A DNA stretch of 64,000 bases from positions 58 to 64,057 of the forward strand of contig JAIEDA010000011.1 in NCBI GenBank assembly GCA_029068165.1, read 5' to 3'. Position 1 is the stretch's first letter; each line of letters starts with the position of its first letter. The translations under genes and the position numbers were made by a program. Shown in pieces: positions 20,303 through 29,202 of this stretch. Below the pieces are notes generated by a model, which did not search any database, was not told the DNA's origin, and saw nothing but the letters and a program-made list of their open reading frames with translations. Source of the DNA: Clostridia bacterium (GTDB lineage Bacteria > Bacillota > Clostridia > Christensenellales > UBA3700).

Positions 20303-21625
20303 ATGAACGTTATTTTATATTTCAGCGATCAGCAGCGATACGATACGATCAACGAAACCGTCACTCCGAACATTGACGCAATGCTAGACGACAGCATATT
20401 TTTTGACAACGCCTTTACCTGCCAACCGGTGTGCGGACCTGCAAGAGCTTGCATACAAACTGGCGTATACGCTACTCAAAACCGGTGCTATATCAACGGC
20501 ATATCGATGGACAAGGACAACGACAATACCATTGCCAAGGTCCTCAACCGCCAGGGATACAACACGTCGTATATAGGCAAATGGCATTTAGCGTCGGATA
20601 CGATGGGATTCAAGCCAAGATTCAACGTACAAAAATCAGCGATTCCGCAGGAATTACGTGGCGGTTACAACGACTACTGGCTCGCCGCCGACTGTTTGGA
20701 GTTTACGTCCGACGTACACGGCGGATATATGTTTGACAAAGACAACAACAAAGTTGCGTTTGAGGGCATACGTAGCGACTGCATAAACGATTTTGCGATA
20801 GACTATATTGACAAGTATAACCAAGACAAGCCTTTCTTCTTGATGATATCCCAGCTCGAACCGCACCACCAAAACACTGCCAACACTTTCCAATGCGCCG
20901 AGGGCGAAGACAAGCAGTTTGAGAACGTACCCTACCCCGCCGACCTTGTGGGACTAAAAGGCAATTACAAAGCGGAGTACGCGCGTTATCTCGCGTGTTG
21001 CAAACGCCTTGATAAAAATTTTGCCGATATTATCCAAAAAGTAAAAGACAAAGGCATTTGGGACGACACAATAATTATTTATACTTCGGACCACGGCTGT
21101 CACTTCAAGACGAGAAATCTTGAATACAAGCGTAGCGCGCACGACGCAAGTACGCATTTGCCATTCGTTATGACAGGCGGCGGTCTTGCCAAGATAACAG
21201 CCGCTAAAAAATTCATAGGAAAACGCTTTGACGGCTTTATAAGTCTACTTGACCTCACTGCGACGATATTGGAAATCTCAGGCGCTAAAATACCCGAAGA
21301 ATACCAAAGTCAAAGCATTTTGCCGATGCTTGAAGCGGAAAAAGGACGAGATCATATATTCCTGCAAATAAGCGAATCGCAGTTGGGACGGGCAATAATC
21401 ACGGATAAATATACCTACAGCGTCAAAAAGCCATTCTCCTTTGGATTGAGAAAAGCCACGAGCAAAATTTATAAGGAAGATTTGCTTTACGACAATACCG
21501 TAGACCCTGCGCAACATAGAAATTTAATAAAAGACAAAAATTACAAAGAGATAAAAAACGAACTCAAAGCGATTTTGCTTGAAGATATTGAAAAGATAGA
21601 AAACGTAAAAGCAAAAATCATCTAA
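20303..21625 (+). CDS. Cys-type sulfatase family protein
   Basis: Formylglycine motif CQPVCGPARACIQTG (C-x-P-x-R). The metal-binding N-terminus is ILYFSDQQR. The ATG at 20303 is preceded by GGGGGA. Confidence 0.85.
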   Translation: MNVILYFSDQQRYDTINETVTPNIDAMLDDSIFFDNAFTCQPVCGPARACIQTGVYATQNRCYINGISMDKDNDNTIAKVLNRQGYNTSYIGKWHLASDTMGFKPRFNVQKSAIPQELRGGYNDYWLAADCLEFTSDVHGGYMFDKDNNKVAFEGIRSDCINDFAIDYIDKYNQDKPFFLMISQLEPHHQNTANTFQCAEGEDKQFENVPYPADLVGLKGNYKAEYARYLACCKRLDKNFADIIQKVKDKGIWDDTIIIYTSDHGCHFKTRNLEYKRSAHDASTHLPFVMTGGGLAKITAAKKFIGKRFDGFISLLDLTATILEISGAKIPEEYQSQSILPMLEAEKGRDHIFLQISESQLGRAIITDKYTYSVKKPFSFGLRKATSKIYKEDLLYDNTVDPAQHRNLIKDKNYKEIKNELKAILLEDIEKIENVKAKII

Positions 21626-21787
21626 CCAAGAACTAGGTAATTCTAAAATCAAATCTCATTTTGATAAAGAAACGCCCTACTTCAAAAACTCGACAAGCAA
21701 AAGAAATTTGGGTTTCTATTCTAAGTCATTTTGCCATAATCGTAGAATATAGTACTCTTTTATGTATCAACAAAGAATTAAAAATGT

Positions 21788-21818
21788 GGGAACGATAAAA
21801 CTATCGTTCCCTATTTTT
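21788..21818. terminator. bidirectional terminator between the convergent sulfatase and MATE genes
   Basis: 10-bp stem GGGAACGATA / TATCGTTCCC with a 4-nt loop. An A-run lies upstream and TATTTTT downstream. Confidence 0.7.
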
Positions 21819-21826
21819 CGTACATA

Positions 21827-23167
21827 TTAAAAGTAATTATACTTTTTTCGATTCGCAATAAAGAATATGATCGACACGATTGTCGCGCACACTTCGGTTG
21901 CAAACATTGCCCACCAAATACCGTCCACGCCAAACAAAAACGGTAGTAGAAATACAAACGCAACCTGAAAAACAAGCGCGCGTAAAACGGATATAATCGC
22001 TGATATAAGCCCATTGTTAAGCGCCGTAAAGAAGCCCGACGAATATATAGCCACGCCCGAAAAGATAAAAGCAAACGAAAACAATCGGAACGCGTGAACG
22101 GTTAAGTCATATAGTTCCTTATCGTATCCGACAAAAAGTTTTGCGAGAGGAATGGCAAGCGCCTGCGCTAACCCCGACAAAAATATGCCGCCGAACGCTA
22201 AAATTACCACGCTCTTTTTGAATATATTTCTCAACTCGCCCCCATTCTTTGCTCCGTAATTATAGCCTACTATCGGAGCGCTGCCTATAGTGTACCCTAT
22301 CATCAACGCCAAGAATATAAGCTGAACGTACATAATCACGCCGTAAGCCGACACGCCGTTTTCGCCGTAGTACTTCATAAGCTGAAAATTATAAAGCATA
22401 CTCACGACTGAAGTCGCAATATTCGTCAACAGCTCGGAAGAGCCGTTTCCGCAAGCAACTAAGATAGGCTTTATTTCAAGCGCCGTTTTTGTAAATCTTA
22501 ACAAACTGCTATTCTTTCTAGCAAAATAAATAAGAGGAATCACTCCGCCCAAAACCTGACCTATTCCCGTAGCAACGGCAGCGCCTACGATACCCCATTT
22601 GAATACCGCGATAAACAATGCGTCCAAAATAGCGTTTGCAACCCCTGCTATCAAAGTAACGATAAGACCGAGTTTCGGCTTTTCAGCAGCCGCCAAAAAA
22701 CTTTGGAATATGTTTTGCAACATAAAGAACGTCGTAAACCCGACCACAATCCGTCCGTATAGAACGGAATCGTCAATCATTGCGTCGCTTGCATTTGCGC
22801 CGCCCAAAAGTTTGGCTATAGGTCGCATAACCAATATCCCTATTGCCGTCAATACAACGCCTAAAATCACCGCGAAAATTATTAGCATCGTAAAATATCG
22901 GTTTGCTTTTTCGTTGTCGTTTTCGCCTAAAACTTTGGTTACGAGCGCGGTGCCGCCCGTGCCTATCATAAAACCCATACCGCCCAAAATCATCGTAAAA
23001 GGAATTATAAGATTAATTGCCGCAAACGGCGTTTTCCCAACAAAGTTGGATACGAATAATCCGTCAATAACGCCGTAAATAGAAGTCACAACCATCATAA
23101 ATACTGACGGCAAAACAAATCTAAATAATTTTTTAAAATTAAAGTGATCTGATATTTGTATAGTCAT
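21827..23167 (-). CDS. MATE family efflux transporter
   Basis: 446 aa with roughly 12 hydrophobic segments. The typical MATE N-terminus FRFVLPSVFMMVVTSIYGVIDGLFV is present. Confidence 0.9.
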   Translation of the reverse strand: MTIQISDHFNFKKLFRFVLPSVFMMVVTSIYGVIDGLFVSNFVGKTPFAAINLIIPFTMILGGMGFMIGTGGTALVTKVLGENDNEKANRYFTMLIIFAVILGVVLTAIGILVMRPIAKLLGGANASDAMIDDSVLYGRIVVGFTTFFMLQNIFQSFLAAAEKPKLGLIVTLIAGVANAILDALFIAVFKWGIVGAAVATGIGQVLGGVIPLIYFARKNSSLLRFTKTALEIKPILVACGNGSSELLTNIATSVVSMLYNFQLMKYYGENGVSAYGVIMYVQLIFLALMIGYTIGSAPIVGYNYGAKNGGELRNIFKKSVVILAFGGIFLSGLAQALAIPLAKLFVGYDKELYDLTVHAFRLFSFAFIFSGVAIYSSGFFTALNNGLISAIISVLRALVFQVAFVFLLPFLFGVDGIWWAMFATEVCATIVSIIFFIANRKKYNYF

Positions 23168-23230
23168 ATCGCTTTCCCTTAAAATATGATTTTTTAATTG
23201 GCAACCTACGCAACCAATCTTACTCCTTTT

Positions 23231-23274
23231 AATATAAAATAAGCGCCCGATTATCCTTTTAAATAACCGAGCGC
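23231..23274 (-). terminator. intrinsic terminator inside the MATE leader (candidate attenuator)
   Basis: Minus-strand RNA: GCGCUCGG, a 16-nt loop, then UCGGGCGC, followed by UUAUUUUAUAUU. It lies between a TTGACT/TATAAT promoter and the MATE start codon. Confidence 0.55.
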
Positions 23275-23355
23275 ACTCGACATCTTCATTTCGACAGCGT
23301 TAGCACTGCGGTGCTACTGTCCTCCGATGACAACTATATTTAGCTTACATATTGT

Positions 23356-23385
23356 ATTATAGAGGTATGCGTATAGAAGAGTCAA
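23356..23385 (-). promoter_or_regulatory. sigma-70-type promoter of the MATE leader
   Basis: The minus strand reads TTGACT (23380-23385), an 18-nt spacer, then TATAAT (23356-23361). Confidence 0.5.
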
Positions 23386-23432
23386 GTAATAATAACGTAT
23401 AAATGTAAAGTCTTTGTCAACGCGACTTAAAC

Positions 23433-23495
23433 TGGAGCTGCTAACCGGACTTGTAAGGAGCCTCAGCGACTTTCGGACTATCCGCGTTAGTAGCC
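23433..23495 (-). ncRNA. tRNA-Thr-derived minihelix-like module A (63 nt, ends in the tRNA 3' strand plus CCA)
   Basis: The 3' 21 nt are identical to the tRNA-Thr 3' end. The 5' GGCUACUAACGCGGA pairs continuously with UCCGGUUAGCAGCU, giving 13 pairs, one A.C mismatch and one bulged G. Confidence 0.4.
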
Positions 23496-23496
23496 A

Positions 23497-23528
23497 TAAA
23501 AATGTACCCTTGAAATCTTCAAGGGTAC
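23497..23528 (-). terminator. rho-independent terminator (copy 1 of the tRNA-Thr terminator)
   Basis: Minus strand: GTACCCTTGAA GAT TTCAAGGGTAC followed by ATTTTTAT. Confidence 0.7.
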
Positions 23529-23532
23529 TGGA

Positions 23533-23623
23533 TGGAGCTGCTAACCGGACTTGCAAGGAGCCTCAGCGACGGAATAGTGAGCATTGCGAACGTCACTATT
23601 TCGGACTATCCGCGTTAGTAGCC
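23533..23623 (-). ncRNA. tRNA-Thr-derived minihelix-like module B (91 nt; module A plus an extra apical hairpin)
   Basis: It has the same closing helix as module A. A 28-nt net insertion (23571-23600) forms its own 8-bp hairpin AAUAGUGA / UCACUAUU. Confidence 0.4.
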
Positions 23624-23624
23624 A

Positions 23625-23656
23625 TAAAAATGTACCCTTGAATTCTTCAAGGGTAC
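23625..23656 (-). terminator. rho-independent terminator of tRNA-Thr (copy 2)
   Basis: Minus strand: GTACCCTTGAA GAA TTCAAGGGTAC followed by ATTTTTAT. It starts 4 nt after the tRNA CCA end. Confidence 0.75.
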
Positions 23657-23660
23657 TGGA

Positions 23661-23736
<76 letters not shown>

Positions 23737-23770
23737 ATATTAAATTGTTGTTTCACGCCACGCGCCTACT

Positions 23771-23782
23771 AGCCATAGCAGC
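23771..23782 (-). repeat. 12-nt copy of the tRNA-Thr 5' end inside the tRNA leader
   Basis: GCUGCUAUGGCU occurs 34 nt upstream of the mature 5' end. The continuation AGUAGGCGCG resembles the 5' strand of modules A and B (ACUAACGCGG). Confidence 0.5.
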
Positions 23783-23799
23783 AATTTACTTGCTTAACT

Positions 23800-23828
23800 A
23801 TTATAATGGATAAGTTGGAAAGTGTCAA
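23800..23828 (-). promoter_or_regulatory. consensus sigma-70 promoter of the tRNA-Thr unit
   Basis: The minus strand reads TTGACA (23823-23828), a 17-nt spacer, then TATAAT (23800-23805). Confidence 0.65.
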
Positions 23829-23883
23829 TCACTTTTGACATAACATTTTATATTTTTATTTTGATATGCTTTGCTCTATATGA

Positions 23884-23912
23884 CGAACGGGAAGTATTGC
23901 GCTTCCCGTTCG
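23884..23912 (-). terminator. strong hairpin downstream of the MFS gene (terminator-like, no clear U-tract)
   Basis: 11-bp stem CGAACGGGAAG / CTTCCCGTTCG with a 7-nt loop, 54 nt past the stop codon. No T-run follows on the minus strand. Confidence 0.4.
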
Positions 23913-23965
23913 GATTGATTTTATTGTTGATTCAATTCTTCGACTTCGCTTAATACGACTATTCT

Positions 23966-25786
23966 TTAAAATTTGTAATCGTCAGTCTTTTGGGCGTCGT
24001 CAGTGGTTACTTCCTCACCCGCAAACTCGTTTGCGATAGCCGCTTCGGTTGCCGTCAAAGTTTCGTCAGCCGATTGAGGTTCAACTTCTACTTCAAAGCC
24101 CATTGCTATGGCTCTATCGGCAGTAAGCACACCTAAAGTTATTGCCTCTTTGATATCGTCTTGTTCCAAAGAATTATCCTCTAACTTCTCGTTTAAGCTT
24201 CTTATCTTTATATCCCTTGCCATTGCAAGTTGCTTTGCTTCGGACAAATCCCAAAACAGGAACGGTATTATAGCAAGCACTCCGCAAACTATACCCGCAA
24301 CTCCCCAAAAGATAAATACTTTTCTCAAGACGTCGTGATTTGCGTAATCGGTAGACGAGTTCGCGCCGAGTTTTATCAAAAGTTCGGAAGTAAGAAGACT
24401 TGTAAACATTCCGCAAATTGTCGTTATAACCGTCGTATACTGCGACATATAACCGTCAAGTCTTTCACCCGTCTTCCACTGTTGATATTCGCAATAGTCC
24501 GCCGTCATTGCCGGCATAGTAACCGTCCATAGCGCGGCGAAAATATTATGTAAGAATACTCCTACAAAGTATACCCAAGGAGTGACGGGACTTTCAAACG
24601 CAAATAGCACGAGTAACAACATCAAAGCCGATATCAACGTTGAGCCTGCAAACGATAGCAACGTCATTTTCTTTTTGCCCAATTTCTTTTGTATCAGCGG
24701 GGCGAACAACATTCCCGGAACAAATCCGACTGCCGCTACCGTAGTCATAACGCCACGCATAGTTCCGCCCAAAGTAGCCTCCATCATATACGCGCAAACG
24801 TGGTGGGTCGCGCTGAAAATCAAAAGACGACCGAACGCTAAAACGTTTGACAAATTCATCAAAATAAAGTATTTGTTTTTGAAACTCTTTATTATTCCGT
24901 TGAAGAAGCCAACTTTTTGCTTAACTTTCTTTTCCGGAATAATTCTCTCTTTCGTTCCAAAAAACATAAGCAAAGCAAGCGATACGCATATTACGCCGAA
25001 TATTGGGAAAATAATTTGATAGGTCTTGATATTTTCCATTCCGAACGCAAAGTTTGCAGGCATATTGTTTGCGGCCAACGCGGCATTTAAATCTTTTTCT
25101 CCCAACCCTCCGTATGTGCCGCCGTAAACAAGTCCGTTTTGACCGTAAAACGCATTGGCTATAATCGGGAAAAACATTTGTACGATAGAAGGTCCGAGCG
25201 AATCTATAACGCCGCCGACGGAATAAAGCTTTGTACGCTCATTGGTATTAGGCGTCATAACTTGCGCCAATCCTAATCTTCCGAATGTGAAGAAGCTAAA
25301 CACCGTAAAAGCTATAAAATAAATTATTTGATAAGAACCTATAACCAGCCACTTTGTTTTTTCAGTCGTATGTACTCCGCTTTCCGGCATAAATATATTT
25401 GGAATAAAAGCTAAAAGCCAAAAGCACACAACGCTCAAAAGTCCGGTGTATAATAGATAAGGTCTATATTTACCCCATTTGGTGTTGGTGTTGTCCATTA
25501 TCCAACCGACGAGCGGAGCGCGGAAAAGCGAAAGTATTGCCATTATCCACGTGGTCCACAATACTACTCTTTGGTCGAAGTTGTAGACAACTGATAGGTA
25601 TAAACCCATATTGATTGCAAAGTACTGCGTAAGAATACCCATACCCTGCACGCCCATTCCGCCGACTGAGTAAGCGATGAATTCTTTGTTGGGCAAGTAA
25701 TACCCCTCTTTAGGCGGAGTATTCCAATGAGCAAAGAAGTCTTTTACTAAAAAGCCGACTTTTTGAAAGACGTTTTGTTTTCCCAT
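23966..25786 (-). CDS. MFS transporter, glycoside-pentoside-hexuronide (GPH):cation symporter-like, with an acidic C-terminal tail
   Basis: 606 aa with about 12 hydrophobic segments. It has a GPH-like N-terminus (PNKEFIAYSVGGMGVQG) and an AGGAGGGA RBS. A GH20 gene lies immediately upstream on the same strand. Confidence 0.8.
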   Translation of the reverse strand: MGKQNVFQKVGFLVKDFFAHWNTPPKEGYYLPNKEFIAYSVGGMGVQGMGILTQYFAINMGLYLSVVYNFDQRVVLWTTWIMAILSLFRAPLVGWIMDNTNTKWGKYRPYLLYTGLLSVVCFWLLAFIPNIFMPESGVHTTEKTKWLVIGSYQIIYFIAFTVFSFFTFGRLGLAQVMTPNTNERTKLYSVGGVIDSLGPSIVQMFFPIIANAFYGQNGLVYGGTYGGLGEKDLNAALAANNMPANFAFGMENIKTYQIIFPIFGVICVSLALLMFFGTKERIIPEKKVKQKVGFFNGIIKSFKNKYFILMNLSNVLAFGRLLIFSATHHVCAYMMEATLGGTMRGVMTTVAAVGFVPGMLFAPLIQKKLGKKKMTLLSFAGSTLISALMLLLVLFAFESPVTPWVYFVGVFLHNIFAALWTVTMPAMTADYCEYQQWKTGERLDGYMSQYTTVITTICGMFTSLLTSELLIKLGANSSTDYANHDVLRKVFIFWGVAGIVCGVLAIIPFLFWDLSEAKQLAMARDIKIRSLNEKLEDNSLEQDDIKEAITLGVLTADRAIAMGFEVEVEPQSADETLTATEAAIANEFAGEEVTTDDAQKTDDYKF

Positions 25787-25977
25787 ATTCCCTCCTGCGT
25801 TTGAAACGCATTTTATTTATAAATATAACGCAATCTCTACTTCTACTATATAGATTGCAACACCGCAATATTGATTATAACACATAATTTCGACGGATTG
25901 TTAAATTTTAATAAATTTTTCGACTGACCGCGAAATTTCTTTCCTCATTTATATAATAACATATAAAATAGGCAATG

Positions 25978-27552
25978 TCATTTCCTTTTTTTGGAATATT
26001 TAGCTGTCACAACGGCGTCGTCGATGAGATTGTGGAGTCCTTGCCAATGCAAAACCCTACGCCCAAACCAAGCCTCTTGAAGTTTGCCCCGCAACTTGCT
26101 AGGATTATATACTTTTCGCGGCTGTGACTTGAAGCCTTGTTTTTCAAAGTATTTCGCCATATATTCAGCCCTCTTTTCAAAATCCTCGTAATCTTTTTCG
26201 CCGTTATTCCAAAACGTTTCGCTTAAAGCAAACGATCTCGGCAATAATCTAGCGCAAGCGGTCTTAAAGTCGGGAACGTATTCCGACCAAAGACATATTT
26301 CCGAACCTGAGAACTTTTTCTCGGGAAATCCATTTGGAATAGGTTGAAAAGAGTAAGCTTTCTTTAAATTTGTTCTTCCATAGGTAAAATCTACGTACGT
26401 ATAACTGGAATTCGTATTGATATATCCGCCGCTATTCGCCGCGGTCTTTAAAACGTCGTCGGAATTGCCGCCGCGCTCGTCGCTCCAAAACTGCCAAACG
26501 GCTTGCGGGTGTACGGTTTCTTCCGACTCGACGCCGTTCCACATAATAGGAGTATATCCCCTTTCAAAGAGCCAGTTGCTGACCCGACGCATAAAATAAG
26601 CCTGTAAATCCTGCTCGTTCTTAAGTCCTTCTCTTTCTATCACGGACTGACAATGCGGACAAAGCGACCATCTATGTCTAAAGACTTCGTCGCCGCCGAT
26701 ATGTATGTACTTGGTGTTCTTTCCAAAAAGCTCTATCACTTCTTCCAGTACGTTGAATACAAAATCATACGTGCTTTCTTTGCCCGCGCATAGCGGATCG
26801 TGCTTTACGCCCCAATGCGTAGCCACTTTCAGTTTCCTGTCAAAACAGCTCAAATACGGATAGCAAGCCATCGCCGACTGCATATGTCCCGGCATATCTA
26901 TCTCGGGAATAACCTCGACGTTGCGAGCGTTTGCGTAGGCGATAATCTCGCGTATATCATCTTTTGTATAGAAACCGCCGTGAGGCTTGACTCCGAAATT
27001 TGTATGCGAGCGTTTGCTGCCCTTTTGCGTAAGCAGCGGGTATTTGTCAATCTCTATTCGCCAACCTTGGTCTTCCGTCAAATGCCAGTGAAGAACGTTC
27101 AACTTGTTTAGCAAACAAAAGTCTATAAGTTTCAATACGTATTTTTTTTCAAAGAAGTACCTGCCGTTGTCAAGAAGAAGTCCTCTATATTTTAGATAAG
27201 GTTCGTCGAATATTTCGCAGTACGGCAAAACGCCGTTGTAATTGAAGAGTAACTGTTTTAACGAACAAAAACCGTACAAAAGTCCCGCTTGGGAAGACGC
27301 TCGAACGCTGATACCCTCAGCGGTTATCTTGAGTTCGTACGCTTCGTCGCCGCCGACGTCGGGGCAATCGTACGAATAATTGACGGTCACGTCGGCAATG
27401 TCGGCAATAGTAAAGTCCGCGCCTACCAACCCGTTGGCAAATTCTTTCTCGGCAAAACACTCCTCGCCGCAAAGTCTTAAAGTCTTGCAGGTCAGCGCCC
27501 CCTCTCCGATTTGGCATTTTTTCGGATAAGGTATCAATCTCAATCTTTCCAT
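25978..27552 (-). CDS. GH20 beta-N-acetylhexosaminidase
   Basis: Motifs are HWHLTEDQGWRIEIDKYPLLT and IHIGGDEV (the catalytic D-E pair). 524 aa. Confidence 0.9.
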   Translation of the reverse strand: MERLRLIPYPKKCQIGEGALTCKTLRLCGEECFAEKEFANGLVGADFTIADIADVTVNYSYDCPDVGGDEAYELKITAEGISVRASSQAGLLYGFCSLKQLLFNYNGVLPYCEIFDEPYLKYRGLLLDNGRYFFEKKYVLKLIDFCLLNKLNVLHWHLTEDQGWRIEIDKYPLLTQKGSKRSHTNFGVKPHGGFYTKDDIREIIAYANARNVEVIPEIDMPGHMQSAMACYPYLSCFDRKLKVATHWGVKHDPLCAGKESTYDFVFNVLEEVIELFGKNTKYIHIGGDEVFRHRWSLCPHCQSVIEREGLKNEQDLQAYFMRRVSNWLFERGYTPIMWNGVESEETVHPQAVWQFWSDERGGNSDDVLKTAANSGGYINTNSSYTYVDFTYGRTNLKKAYSFQPIPNGFPEKKFSGSEICLWSEYVPDFKTACARLLPRSFALSETFWNNGEKDYEDFEKRAEYMAKYFEKQGFKSQPRKVYNPSKLRGKLQEAWFGRRVLHWQGLHNLIDDAVVTAKYSKKRK

Positions 27553-27853
27553 AAAGCCCCCTTATGCTTATATGCTTTCATTATCGCCGAATCTTTGGGT
27601 ACTTTGTATAAACCGTCAAGTTAAACTAATTCAAAATAAAAGTCTAAATAAAGAAAAATACAATATGGTTCCCCTACGTCAATAATTGTATTTTAACATA
27701 TTTTTTAACTTAATGCAATACGTTTAGAAAATTTATCGAAAATGCTCAAATGACAATTTGACCGCCCCGTTTGTAATAAAAAAAAACTTGATTGCCGTCA
27801 CAAAAAATTACTTCCTAGATTGACGGACGGCGAGATAGTCTAACATCTAAAAC

Positions 27854-27881
27854 AACGCTTGATATTTAACGCTTGATATTT
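27854..27881 (+). repeat. perfect tandem direct repeat 2 x 14 nt (AACGCTTGATATTT)
   Basis: Copies lie at 27854-27867 and 27868-27881. The second copy supplies the TTGATA -35 of the downstream promoter. Confidence 0.8.
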
Positions 27882-27901
27882 GCTTTAATATACTGTATAA
27901 T
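27873..27901 (+). promoter_or_regulatory. sigma-70-type promoter of the acyltransferase / zinc-ribbon membrane protein pair
   Basis: TTGATA (27873-27878), a 17-nt spacer, then TATAAT (27896-27901). An AGGAGA RBS follows, then the ATG at 27922. Confidence 0.55.
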
Positions 27902-27921
27902 TAAGAAGTTAGGAGATAATT

Positions 27922-29202
27922 ATGAAAAACGCAATGTTTGACAAGGAATGGTTCAAACTCGACAACGCGGCTAAGATTTACCCTGCGGCTAGGAGTTCGA
28001 GGTGGAACGCTGTTTTCCGTATGGCGGTAGTCCTGAAAGAAGAGGTCGACCCTCAAACGCTTCAGCAAGCTCTCGACGACGTAATCGATAGATTTCCGTC
28101 TTTTAGAGTTACGCTTAAAAAAGGATTCTTTTGGTACTACTTCGAGTTTGTAAACGAAAAACCAAAAATTCAGCAAGAAACGAGCTATCCCTGTACGATG
28201 ATGAAATTGAGCGGAAGAGGTTACGTGTTTAGAGTACTCTATCACGGACACCGTATTTCCGTGGAAGTCTTTCACTCAATTACCGACGGCACGGGCAATA
28301 TCACCTTTTTGAAAACTTTAGTCACGAGATACTGCGAGTTGCGCGGAGCGAAAATCGAAGACTACGGCGATATATTGCATTTTGAAGACAACCCTACTCC
28401 CGAAGAGGTCGAGGACTCTTTCTTGAGATACTTGGACAAGGATAAGGGTACGCTTCCTCGCGCCGAGGCAAAAGCGTATCAAATAAAGTGTCAACGAGAA
28501 AAACGCGGAGTGCTCAACGTAACGCACGGCAGTATGGAATTTGAGCAGTTGCACGCGGTCGCCAAATCTTTCGGCTGTACGATAAATACGTATCTTACCG
28601 CCGTACTTGCGTACGTCACTATAAATAGGCAGCTCTACGAGAAAAACTCCAAAAAGCGTCCCGTAAGAATACAAGTGCCTATCAATTTGCGTAAGATGTT
28701 TCCTTCTTGTACTTTGAGGAACTTTGCGGGATATTACAACACTACCCTTTCTCCGGTAGAGCAAACTTTTGAAGAAGTCGTAAAGGAACTCGATACTCAA
28801 CTCAAAGAAAAGATTACGCCGGCGTACTGTCAAAAATTTATAAATTCAAACGTATCTTTGGAAAAAAATCCGATAATAAGAGTCGCGCCTAGATTTCTCA
28901 AAACGCTTATTATGAATATGTCGTTCTATATGGTTGGCGAAAACCTGATGTCTTGCACTTTCAGCAATATAGGCAACGTCGTAACGCCCAAGGAGCTTTA
29001 CGATTATATCGATAGATTCGAGTTTGTCATAGGACCGCAAAAGTATATGAACCACGTTATGACCTGCGCTTCGTATAACGGTAAAAGCGTAGTCACTTTC
29101 TCAAGGACGGCTAAAGACCCGATACTTGAGCGAGATTTTTTTGCTATGCTTACCAAACACGGTATTGACGTCACCGTTGAGAGCAATAGGAGGGAATTAT
29201 GA
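27922..29202 (+). CDS. HxxxD-motif acyltransferase (condensation / alcohol-acetyltransferase-like superfamily), substrate unknown
   Basis: 426 aa. The catalytic-type motif is in VEVFHSITDGTGNITF. No signal peptide or TM segment is visible. Confidence 0.6.
   Translation: MKNAMFDKEWFKLDNAAKIYPAARSSRWNAVFRMAVVLKEEVDPQTLQQALDDVIDRFPSFRVTLKKGFFWYYFEFVNEKPKIQQETSYPCTMMKLSGRGYVFRVLYHGHRISVEVFHSITDGTGNITFLKTLVTRYCELRGAKIEDYGDILHFEDNPTPEEVEDSFLRYLDKDKGTLPRAEAKAYQIKCQREKRGVLNVTHGSMEFEQLHAVAKSFGCTINTYLTAVLAYVTINRQLYEKNSKKRPVRIQVPINLRKMFPSCTLRNFAGYYNTTLSPVEQTFEEVVKELDTQLKEKITPAYCQKFINSNVSLEKNPIIRVAPRFLKTLIMNMSFYMVGENLMSCTFSNIGNVVTPKELYDYIDRFEFVIGPQKYMNHVMTCASYNGKSVVTFSRTAKDPILERDFFAMLTKHGIDVTVESNRREL

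Noticed and set aside
23314-23641. 80-aa (minus) and 75-aa (plus) ORFs across the tRNA-Thr-derived repeats
   Set aside because: They span terminator hairpins and tRNA-derived repeats and have no RBS. The region is better explained as RNA elements.
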